Assembly: GCF_006345805.1 (NCBI RefSeq)
Contig: NW_021834677.1
Span: 1-46,711 of the forward strand
Direction: 5' to 3'
DNA: 46,711 bases
Origin: Octopus sinensis
Taxonomy: Eukaryota
The notes beneath the pieces are model-generated. The model had not been told where the DNA came from and did no database searches. It worked only from the letters and a program-made list of their open reading frames with translations. Positions 25,198 through 35,212 of the stretch are shown piece after piece. The stretch's first letter is position 1. Every line of letters starts with the position of its first letter. The position numbers and the translations under genes were made by a program.

Positions 25198-25340
25198 ATG
25201 CAGCACAAACCATTCTCTTGTCAGTGGAACCCAAAGAAACGCCATTTACTTCCTGGCGATAGTTTATTTGAAGATGGAGACATTTTTTGTAACCTCTTGC
25301 TGAAGCAAATGTCTTTGGCCGATGAAGAATTTATTAACAA
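25198..25340 (+). CDS. ZNF511: Zinc finger protein 511, coding exon 1 of 6 (exon starts 25152)
   Basis: MQHKPFSCQWNPKKRHLLPGDSLFEDGDI carries the ZNF511 N-terminal FEDGD motif; acceptor CCTCCGTACAG, donor CAA|GTAAGG, in-frame TAG 4 codons upstream of the ATG. Confidence 0.88.
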
Positions 25341-25386
25341 GTAAGGATCTCATTTATTTTCCTAATATTTTTCTTGTTCCATTTAA

Positions 25387-25607
25387 CCCTTTAGTGTTCG
25401 CATTATTCTGCCAAAATTAATGCTTCTTCATCCACATTGTTTTGAACTAATCATGCATTATCTTGTAGCGATGTGATTTTGATGAGGTAGCTGTTAATTT
25501 TTTAAACGATATTGTAGGGTTGGTGTGAGAGACCAGATCTGGCCTGTTTGAACATAAAACAGGCAGAATACTTTTGGCCGGATATGGCCAGTTTAAATGC
25601 TAAAGGG
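25387..25607. mobile_element. piggyBac-type MITE (TTAA TSD, CCCTTTAG TIR) in ZNF511 intron 1
   Basis: ttaa|ccctttag ... ctaaaggg|ttaa; related ends at 387, 10826-10836, 43719. Confidence 0.85.
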
Positions 25608-26392
25608 TTAACATGTTCATATCTCGCTACTGGGCATGGTGTCTGCATAGACCCAATGTCACCACAATCTCTCGTACTGTAGTCAGTAATAGTCAATGGT
25701 TTTGGTGCAGTTTGTGGTTGCTTATGATGGTGATAGTTGTACCATTGGAGGTTGTGATGGTAATGGTAGTTGCAGTGAAGTTGATGTTGGTGATTATGGT
25801 TGTGATGGTGACGGTTATACTGTTCGGTAATTGGACCGGCGAGCTGGCAGAACCGTTAGCACGCCGGGCGGCATGCATAGCCATATTTCGCCTGCTGTTA
25901 TGTTCTGAGTTCAAATTCCGCCGAGGTCGACTTTGCCTTTCATCCTTTCGGGGGTCGATAAATTAAGTACCAGTTATGCACTGGGGTCGATGTAATCGAC
26001 TTAATTTGTTTGTCTGTCCTTGTTTGTCCCTTCTATGTTTAGCCCCTTGTGGGTAATAAAGAAACATATACTGTTTGGTAATTGGTGATGCTACCATAAG
26101 CATCATCACCATCACCAATGGTGGTAGTTGTGATTGTGATGGTAAAGTTATGGTTGATTATGCTATCTTTGACACCCTCATGAACACAAGTCGCTGTAAA
26201 TTGATGCCAAAATTTTAATGTCAATGTCTAATCAAATGAATGGTAATTAAAAAAAAAATTTTTTTTTTACAAAAACTTGAAGTGTTGACTTTAACAGTAT
26301 TTGAACTTGCAACTGTAAATTACTAGATAATTTCTTGAGTGTTGATTGTTATCCTATCTATGTTTGTACACTTAATATTATTTTATTTACAG

Positions 26393-26452
26393 AGTCCCTG
26401 AGTTTCCCTGTGGTATGGCTGGCTGTCAAAAGACCTTCAATAACTTAGTAAG
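26393..26452 (+). CDS. ZNF511: ZNF511 coding exon 2 (VPEFPCGMAGCQKTFNNLV)
   Basis: First half of C2H2 finger 1; acceptor TTTATTTACAG, donor AAG|GTAGGT, phases 2/2. Confidence 0.9.
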
Positions 26453-26770
26453 GTAGGTAAATTATAATTAACACTCTCAATCCTTAGAGAAATCACATTA
26501 TTGTTGGTGATACAACATTCTATTGCAGCTGTATGATGTGTTTGCAACTAAGTGACATGTGATGACGATTCACTCTCAAACTGAAATGGGTCCCCAGTTT
26601 CTGTACTATGAATGGTCTTGTGGGCAACTGTTAACAAAAGCCAGAGCTTCCTTCAACCACTACATATAAAGTATTAAGAAAAAAATGTTATTTAGATATA
26701 CTTTTATTTTAGTTGTTTATACTCATATACATTCAAAGTTCATAAATTTCCTTATTTAAATTATGAATAT

Positions 26771-27106
26771 AATTGCAGCGTGGAAGGTGTTTATAAGCCA
26801 TTTAAGAAACACACAAAAGCCATTCGATTCACTTCAACATTTAAGTTTAATTTGTCAAAATATTTTCGTCGCTTTAAGACCGCGACCTGTTCACTGACAA
26901 AAATCTGAGCACGGATTTTTGTCAGTGAACAGGTCACAGATTTTAGCAACGAAAATATTTTGACAAATTAAACTTAAATGTTGAAGTGAATCGAACGGCT
27001 TTTGTGTGTTTCTTAAATGGCTTACAAACACCTTCCACGCTGCAATTGTTTTCGTTCCAGCACACGATCTCAGATCAAATCACTTGCTATGCGAGTACAT
27101 CTCCGT
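26771..27106. mobile_element. Penelope-like palindromic insertion in ZNF511 intron 2
   Basis: Inverted arms 26771-26905 / 26914-27047; 16-bp direct repeat aattatgaatataatt at 26759 and 27107; hammerhead-like fold in the arms; family assignment inferred. Confidence 0.7.
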
Positions 27107-27168
27107 AATTATGAATATAATTTCAATATAATATCAATATGATATTATATTTGATAATATCAATATGA

Positions 27169-27400
27169 TTACAAAACTTCTTTGTAGACAATATTTTCTG
27201 TGTGGTTGACACTAATTTTCAAATTACTGGAGTCTGTTGCTCGACTCATAGTGACATATAACTGGCCACGTGTAAATATCAGAGCGGGTAAAAATACACC
27301 TACATGATCTAAAGTCTGGCCCTGTGCCTTGTTTGGTGTGAATGCGTGAGCGGAATCTTTAGGAATCTGCCCATCTATGATAGGAAACAAAGGGATAGTA
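27169..27400 (-). pseudogene. Helitron PIF1 helicase C-terminal fragment
   Basis: AFTPNKAQGQTLDHVGVFL...RGQLYVTMSR...NIVYKEVL matches the Helitron helicase end (T.NKSQGQ, HGQLYVA.SR, N.VY.EVL); degenerate. Confidence 0.85.
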
Positions 27401-27935
27401 TTGCAAATCTAAACCCTCTAAATTCACGAACTATACAGGGCGGGGGAATCCAGAGTTAATCCTCATTGCCAGGATTTTTGCAAAAAAAATCAAAGGTGAT
27501 TTATTAATACAAAATTCAATATCCACTAAATAATCATACTTTTTCACATTTTTTCCTGATTACCACCTTCGTAATCCCAAAAAGCATCGGGACCATTGGT
27601 CCAGCCGTTTGACCATGAAAACAGAACAGACAGGCCGACGGACATAACGCCCATTGTAGTAAGAAGTTGAATTACTTCCCTTTGCTTCTTTTATTAGTTA
27701 TCTCCCCCTTAATTTTTTTTTTTTTTTTGCCCTCGTAAACTGAACAATTACCCTCAATATCCACCTAAAATAATCATACTTTTTCACATTGTTTCCGCTA
27801 AAATCCTTCCTGGCTACCTCCTTCATAATCCCGAAAAACATCGTGACCATTGGTCCGGCCCTTTGGCCGTGAAGAGGGTACAGACAGACGGATATTATGC
27901 TCATTATAGTAAGATTATTGTTGTTCTTATTTCAG

Positions 27936-28077
27936 TTACGAATGTCACTACAACAGCCTCCATCGGAACACTTGTGCCACTTGTCGCCGTATATTTCCAT
28001 CGTCCTACCTCCTCGGACTTCATATACAAGAGTGGCATGATGTCATGTTTGATATTATGTCGGGCAAAAAACCAATG
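27936..28077 (+). CDS. ZNF511: ZNF511 coding exon 3 (YECHYNSLHRNTCATCRRIFPSSYLLGLHIQEWHDVMF...)
   Basis: End of finger 1 plus finger 2 with the diagnostic H..EWHD; acceptor TTCTTATTTCAG, donor ATG|GTAACT; phases 2/0. Confidence 0.93.
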
Positions 28078-28116
28078 GTAACTATACAACAATTTCTTGG
28101 GTCACCTCGCAGGTGA

Positions 28117-28156
<40 letters not shown>

Positions 28157-28704
28157 GGTGTAGGCGTAGCTGTGTGGTAAGAAGCTTGCTTCCCAACCAC
28201 ATGGTTCTAGGTTCAGTCCTACTGCATGGCAGCTTGGACAAGTGTCTTCTATAGTCTCGGGCAGACAAAGCCTTGTGAGTGGATTTGGTAGATAGAAACT
28301 GAAAGAAGCCCACTATTTATATATATCTATATATATATATAAATGTATATATTTATGTGTTTCTGTGTTTGTCCTCCCACTATCACTTGACAAATTATGT
28401 TGGTGTCCTTACGTCTTTGAAGGAATAAGTACTAGGCTTACAAATAATAAGTCCTGGGGTCAATTCCTTTGACTAAAACCCTTTAAGGCAGTGCTGCAGC
28501 ATGGCTGCAGTCAAATGATTGAAACCAGTCAAAAGGATATGAGTGTTTGTGTTATCGAATCCCTATTTAATCCCAGGCCAGGTGCTACCAAACAGGCCTA
28601 TGGGGATCAGATATTCCTAAAGAGGAAAGTTCTGTCATTTAAAAGCACAACAGGAATAAAGACATTAATTTTGAATATTAAACCTAACACATTTTATTGA
28701 TCCA

Positions 28705-29300
28705 TGATAGAGTAGACCTAGGTGAGATACAGTTTGCAATCTTCCTTGTGGGGCAACCACAGTAGAAATACTTGACTAAGAATAAACCACTATTCCTGGC
28801 TTTCAATGATTTGGTGAAAGCATTTGACAGAGTACCGTGTTCAGTAATTTGGTGGGATTTCAGGAAACTAGGTATAGATGAATGACTTGTGAAGTCTGTT
28901 GGAGCTATGTACAAATATGCAGTACATTAAAATAAGCATCGATGATTTCAATAAGGAATTTAGCATGATGGTAGGAGTTCATCAAGGTTTAGTCCTCTGC
29001 TGTTCATCATAGTCCTACAGGCCATCATAGGGGAATTTTAAGAATGGATGTCCATGAGCTAGTTTTTATAGGGGAATTAGAAAGGAAATTCTAGGTATGG
29101 AAACTAAACCTAGAATCTAGACGTCTTAAGGTAAATCTAGCAAAGAAAAAGGTTTTAATGAGTAAAAAAGAAGACAACCTTCATATCTTCAGGGAAATTA
29201 CTTTGTTCAGTATGCAGAAAAGGGTTGGGTATAAATTTCCTATGCTATATTCAGTGTAATTTATGAAAACAAGTGATGTAATTGAACTGAGGGCAACCTA
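28705..29300 (+). pseudogene. Degraded RTE-clade reverse transcriptase fragment
   Basis: KNKPLFLAFNDLVKAFDRVP...GVHQG motifs with stops and frameshifts. Confidence 0.8.
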
Positions 29301-31424
29301 TCCAAGAACTTGGAGCAGAACTTACTAGGAGCCCACTAGAAATAGACTCCCTTTAAAAGCCCAGTAGTTGATTGTTTTTCTTAACTAGGAAATATAATTA
29401 GCAAGGGAGGTGGTTGCTGTGAAAATAGTAGCAGGTTGGAGATGTTGAGTGGTTGGTGTCAGGAAAAACGTCCAAGCATAGAAACTATGCTGAAGCAGAC
29501 ATTGGAGCATGATGCAGTGTTTGGACTTTATCGTCTTCTGTCAGGCTAACCAAGCCATACCAGTATGGAACATGGACATTAAATGATGAAGAGACGAGTT
29601 AGTAAATTCTAAATCTGCAAAGTTCTCTCCCTTGAAATAATTTGTCAACACGAAATAGAAGTAGTGTTTATTTCTTTATTGCTCACAAGGGGGCTAAACA
29701 TAGAGGAGACAAACAAGGACAGACAAAGGGATTAAGTCGATTACATCGACCCCAGTGCGTAACTGGTACTTATTTAATCGACCCTGAAAGGATGAAAAGC
29801 AAAGTCCACTTTAGACCGTAACAGCAAACTAATTTGCTTGTTGCAGGTTCAGTGTTAAATGATATGACTTATACACACACACACACACAAACATAAATTC
29901 ATCCTTAGTCGAAAGACACCTGTTATTAATGTCTTTTATTTGCATTTGTATTTGTATACCATTTCTCCATTTTTTTCTGTCCTTGTTTTCATATACATTC
30001 GCAGCTTTCATCCAAGGAATCTAGTGCTCTTAGCTTAGTTTTTCCTTGGGGCTGGCCAGATTGGAGCAATCTCGAGTATAACCAGCCAAAATTGCAAAAA
30101 TAATCTGGAACTCGACTGAAGAAAGAAAACTCCAAATGACCCATCCTTGTTCTTTTTCATATTGTCTGTCTGGACGCGTTGCATTCTTGTCCCATTTTTA
30201 GTATTCCTTTATATATATATATATATATATAACCACTACACTCTTGGAGTAGTTGGCATTAGGAAGGGCATCAAGCTGTAGAAACTCTGCCAGATCAAGA
30301 CTGGAGCCTGGTGCAGCCATCTGGTTCACCAGTCCTCAGTCAAATCGTCCAACACATGCTAGCATGGAAAGCGGACGTTAAATGATGATATATATATATA
30401 TATATAGTAACTAAGGATGGATTAGACAATTTAGGTGTTTACCACAGGACACACTTAACAACCAGCAGCTATTTGAAATTGCATAATAAAGGGTTTTGCT
30501 CATGGAAACTCAAGTTTCAAGCAAACAGAAAATCCATGAGGTTTATTTCCATTGTACAGTATAAATAAATTGAAGATTGGAGTTTATGGCATAGCTTTTA
30601 TGGTTTACAGTTGTTTCAACAACTTAAGATAAACAATCACACATGTTTATAGACATTGATGATAATAATAATAATAATACAGTCCTGCATATTGTGTAAT
30701 GTATATTATATAATAGCACCAGAAGCTGTTTCATCAGGACCAGCTGAATCATCATCATCATCATTGTTGAATGTTTGTTTTCCATGCTGGCATGGGTTGG
30801 ACGGTTTGACAGGAGCTGGCAAACCAGGAGACAGCACCTGGCTTCACTGTCTGTTTTGACAGGATTTCTGCAGCCAGATGCGCTCTTCCTAATGCCAACC
30901 ACTTTACAGAGTGGGTGCAAGCCACGTAGCACTGGCACAAGTTCTTTTAATGTGACTCCGAAAGAATACAAGTGTGTATCTGTGTGTGAGAGAGAAAGAG
31001 AGAGACTTTGTCTTGAAATCATGTTTCCATAATTCCTCAGACTTCATACACAACTACACAGAATTCTATTCTATTTTCATCATCATCATCATTATTATTT
31101 GAATGGCCTCCGTGCCGGTGGCACGTTAAAAGCACCATCCGATCGTGGCCGTTGCCAGCCTCGTCTGGCCCCTGTGCAGGTGGCACGTAAAAAGCACCCA
31201 CTACAATCACAGAGTGGTTGGCGTTAGGAAGGGCATCCAGCTGTAGAAACACTGCCAGATCAGACTGGGCCTGGTGCAGCCTTCTGCCTTCCCAGACCCC
31301 AGTTGAACCATCCAACCCATGCTAGCATGGAAAACGGACGTTAAACAATGATGATTATTATTATTATTATTATTATTGTTCCATACCTCTTTCTCACCAA
31401 TTGTATCTCCAAACTTTGTTACAG

Positions 31425-31546
31425 TTTAGCTGCTTACTGGAAGCATGTGGACAGAAATTCCAGACATCTCAAGACAGGAAGGAACACATGATTAAATGTC
31501 ATAAATATCCTGCCAACTTCCGATTTGATAAACAGAAAAATAAATG
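31425..31546 (+). CDS. ZNF511: ZNF511 coding exon 4 (FSCLLEACGQKFQTSQDRKEHMIKCHKYPANFRFDK)
   Basis: Finger 3 with conserved H.YP.NFRF; acceptor TTTGTTACAG, donor ATG|GTAAGA; phases 0/2. Confidence 0.93.
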
Positions 31547-32222
31547 GTAAGATTGATGCTTTTACTCAATCATTCTTACACTCCCTCGTTCTTTCTGCCT
31601 CTCCCATCCCGCTTTCCTCTGTCTCTCTCTCTCTCCTTCCCTCTCTATCCCTGCATCTCTCTCTTACTCTGTATTTCCTGCATAAGAAACAATTTCATGG
31701 CAACAATTAGTTGCACACTCCTGTTATTATAGTGTTAAAGGTGGTAATAAGTTGGTATTACAAGTAAGTTAACTTAACTTAACTTACTTGTAGTACCAAA
31801 TTATTACCACACTATGATAAGGGTGGTGGTAGTGTGGATTGAATGTTTCTATAGGTTTCTGTATCGCAAGTGATGCCACATACCAGTGATATATTCTTTT
31901 CTACTTTAAGCACGAGGCCCGAAATTTTGGGGGAGGGGGCCAGTCAATTAGATTGATCCCAGTATGCAACTGATACTTAATTTATCGACCCTGAAAGGAT
32001 GAAAGGCAAAGTCAGCCTCAGCGGAATTTGAACTCAAAATGTAATGACAGACGAAATACTGCTAAGCATTTCACCCTACGTGCTAACGTTCATACCAGTG
32101 ATATATTGGGGGGTCAATAGAATGACTTCTCCCTTTCTAAAATGCTTGAAGTCTGATTTTGGTGATAGATTTTCGGTTATTAAATGACTGTTTAACAATT
32201 GTTGTTTTGGTTGTTGTTGCAG

Positions 32223-32360
32223 TAAAAGTGTAACGGCAGAGACAGAAGATAAGACGGAGAGTAAAGTGGACAACATGGAAATAACAACAGCAACAGCAAC
32301 ACCACCACCACCACCAACAACAACAACCACCACCACCACCACCACAAAGAAATATAACAA
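32223..32360 (+). CDS. ZNF511: ZNF511 coding exon 5 (acidic then Pro/Thr low-complexity linker)
   Basis: Acceptor TTGTTGTTGCAG, donor CAA|GTAAGT, phases 2/2; required because direct exon 4-6 joining gives TG+A = stop. Confidence 0.85.
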
Positions 32361-32384
32361 GTAAGTAATTGTCAATGTCTAGAG

Positions 32385-32585
32385 CAGTGCTTTTCAAACT
32401 TTTTGCTGGAGCGGAACCCCAAGGAAACATTCCACTGGCTCAGGGAACCCCTGTGCAATAATTTAATAGTCTTATGCACACATATCTGCACAGGAGACTT
32501 AAAAATTACCGCCGATTTTAGCAGTTTTGTAACTTCTTGCAGAACCCCTGGACTGTACTGGCAGAACCCTGGTTGAAAACCACTG
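32385..32585. mobile_element. hAT (Charlie-type) MITE in ZNF511 intron 5
   Basis: TIRs CAGTGCTTTTCAA / TTGAAAACCACTG; perfect 8-bp TSD GTCTAGAG at 32377-32384 and 32586-32593. Confidence 0.92.
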
Positions 32586-33008
32586 GTCTAGAGAGTCATC
32601 ATTAGAGACCAGCTTGTATTAACTATGTGAAGGTACATAGCTCAGTGGTTAGAGTGTAATAATTTGTAGTGAAGCAGTTCACCAGTGTAACGTTTTTAGA
32701 GTTGTCACCAATTTAATAGTTTTAAATGTTTGTAACGAAGTTGGTTTTCGCGTGTTCGAATGTAACATATGTCCCAGTATAATGTGGGTTGAAGAAGTAA
32801 ATGTCAGAAATCATGTTTGTTAATAGAGCTTGGTAATTTATTTGGGATTGTTGTCAAGTGCCGAGCTAAGTGAGCATATATATAGAGGTGTCTGGAAAGC
32901 CATGAAAAGTTGCAATTGCACAAGTAGGTTAGAAGTTTGCAGTGCTAAGGAAGTAAGAAAAATGAACAGGCAATAGCCGGTGGTACAAAGGCTGGTGTGA
33001 AATATCAA

Positions 33009-33340
33009 GATCTGTCCGCTGATGGTTGTGTAAATCTGTTTACTGACAGTTGTGCATCTCTATTCACTGACGGTTGCAGTCATCTGTTCACCGACGGTCG
33101 CGGGCATCTGTTTGCCGATGGTCGCAGGCATCTGTTGCCGACGGTTGCGGAGGTCTGTTCGCCGACCGTCGCGGATGTCTATTCGACGACGGTTGCGGAG
33201 GTCTGTTCGACGACGGTTGCGGAGGTCTGTTCGACGACGGTTGCGGAGGTCTGTTCGACGACGGTTGCGGAGATCTGTTCGTTGATGGTCGCAGACATCT
33301 GTTCTCTGATGGTTGTGCAGCTCTTCGCTGATGATGGTCA
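33009..33340. repeat. 24-bp minisatellite, about 14 units (tctgttcgacgacggttgcggagg)
   Basis: Units align at a 24-nt period with one 1-nt deletion near 33137; related copy at 34450-34620. Confidence 0.93.
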
Positions 33341-33402
33341 TGTCGAGATCTTCTGCTGACTGACTGTCAAAAGCACTCCTCTTGCTGGGCTAATGACTGC
33401 TG

Positions 33403-33435
33403 CTTTTATAGGTACACAACCAGCTCTGATTGGCT
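33403..33435 (-). promoter_or_regulatory. CCAAT box (AGCCAATCAG) plus TATA box (TATAAAAG), antisense within ZNF511 intron 5
   Basis: Consensus NF-Y site at 33435-33426 and TATAAAAG at 33410-33403 on the minus strand, 62 nt upstream of ATG 33341; activity unknown. Confidence 0.45.
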
Positions 33436-33662
33436 GCCATTGCCAACACAACTGTGCTGATCCGCAATAATGAAATGTGGCTTCTTTGACTCACTACAAG
33501 AGCATCAGACTCACAATCATGAGGTAGTGAGTTTGATTCCCAGGCCAGGATTACGAGTCCAGCATCTTTAGCTCAGAGATTTGACATTTGGTGTTAGATC
33601 AGCGATTAAAGTCGAATGTAATGTCATTTTCCTTTTCTTTTTCTTTTGCCATTCTATTCCAG

Positions 33663-33840
33663 AATTCCTAAAAACATCTGTTTCGGTAAAGGTTCAGTGA
33701 GAACATTCCACAAGCAACAACAGAACCCTACCAAACATTGGCACCAACAGTTCAAGACGGAGAAAGGTGACGGTGGTGGCGGAGACATTGAGGAGGTTAC
33801 CATGACAGACTTGATGACTGCTCTGGAAGAAACCAGTTAA
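33663..33840 (+). CDS. ZNF511: ZNF511 terminal coding exon (IPKNICFGKGSVRTF...LMTALEETS*)
   Basis: Conserved P..ICFG.G...F motif; long polypyrimidine acceptor ending TTCCAG at 33662; TAA 33838-33840. Confidence 0.92.
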
Positions 33841-34387
33841 TACTCACCACTTCGTATTTATTCTCACCCTTCAAGAAATGGTTTCCTTTTTCCTTTTTTT
33901 TTTTTTTCGTTTTGTTTATTTAAACTTCTCTCTCTCTCTCTTTCTCTCTTTCTCTCTCAGCTAATTTGTTCTAATTAAACATAGGGCAGACTTAGATAAT
34001 GATATATTGGACTCCCAATCGTCTGCTTTACATATCAAACTCTTTTTACAACAGTAACAATAACCTGCCGACCATTTCATTGCTGAACACTGCTAGAGTG
34101 TTTTCGTTGTTCTTTCTCTCACTCACACACACACACACACACACACTTTCTACCTATCTACCTTATATCTATCAGTTCTGCATAAATTTAGCTGCTCTTA
34201 GATATAAAAATAATCCCTCAAAATTAGTAGGTTTTGTTTTTCACAAAGGGTCCACTTTATGTGTGTGTGTGCATATATATATATGTATGTATGTATAAAT
34301 AATATTAGGGTAATAAGAATTATATAAATTTTTTATTACCTATGGCCTAGTGCAAAAAAATTTAGCCAATAGACTATATACATACAT

Positions 34388-34712
34388 AGAGGCTTCCATC
34401 ATAGGAAAGCCTTGCACTAGAAGAACAGTTAAAAATTCAAACCACAGAATGTTTACTGACAGTTGTGCATCTCTGTTCACTGACGGTTGTAGAGATCTGT
34501 TTGCCGATGGTCGCGGAGATCTGTTTGCCAATGGTCAGAGAACTGTTTGCCGACGGTCACAGACATCCGCTCGCCAATGGTCATGGACATCAGTTCGCCG
34601 ACAGTTGCGGACGGCATAGAAATGAGAAGTATCTGTAGCTCCGCTAAACCACAGTGGTTTGAATTTTTAACTGTTCTTTCTAGCACAAGGCTTTCCTATG
34701 ATGGAAGCCTCT
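34388..34712. mobile_element. MITE-like element, about 58-bp TIRs, enclosing 24-bp repeats
   Basis: agaggcttccatcatagg...ttcaaaccac (34388-34445) mirrored at 34654-34712; TSD not resolved. Confidence 0.8.
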
Positions 34713-34999
34713 TAATGTGTTTTAATGTACACGGTATCTTATATGTCTGTATATATGGTCCAACCCATGTCAGCATGGAGGGCAAACGATAATGATGTGT
34801 GTGTGTATGTATGTATGTATATTTGCATGGAGGGGCAGTTACGTGTTTTAATAATAATTGTATGAACAGAAAAAGTAATTATAAGTAAAACCAAGAAAAC
34901 CCAGTAGTGTATATATATACGTATATGTCCGTGTGTGTAAGTGTGCATAATTGTGTGCATATATATGTATCTCTGTAAAACTATATATCTGTGTGTGTA

Positions 35000-35212
35000 G
35001 GCGGCGAGCTGACAGAAACGATAGCGCGCTGGGCGAAATGCTTAGCGGTATTTCGTCTGTCGTTACGTTCTGAGTTCAAATTCCGCTGAGGTTGACTTTG
35101 CCTTTCATCCTCTCGGGGTCGATAAATAAAGTACCAGGGTAGATGTAATCGACTTAATCAGTTTGTCCTTGTTTGTCCCCTCTATGTATAGCCCCTTGTG
35201 GGTAGTAAAGAA
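35000..35212 (+). mobile_element. tRNA-derived SINE with Nin/Deu-type core (gccgaggtcgactttgcctttcatcctttcggggtcgataaa)
   Basis: Further copies at about 790-1015, 5972-6140, 10380-10520, 11210-11435, 23595-23800, 25847-26065, 29670-29820, 31900-32100, 35455-35685; core name recalled, not searched. Confidence 0.85.

Noticed and set aside
30110-30145. CTGAAGA motif in a probable Penelope-type tail
   Set aside because: No GAAA or paired stems remain; too decayed to call a ribozyme.
32636-32660. catagctcagtggttagag, identical to the tRNA D-arm
   Set aside because: Only an A-box fragment, no anticodon or T arm; a SINE-head remnant.
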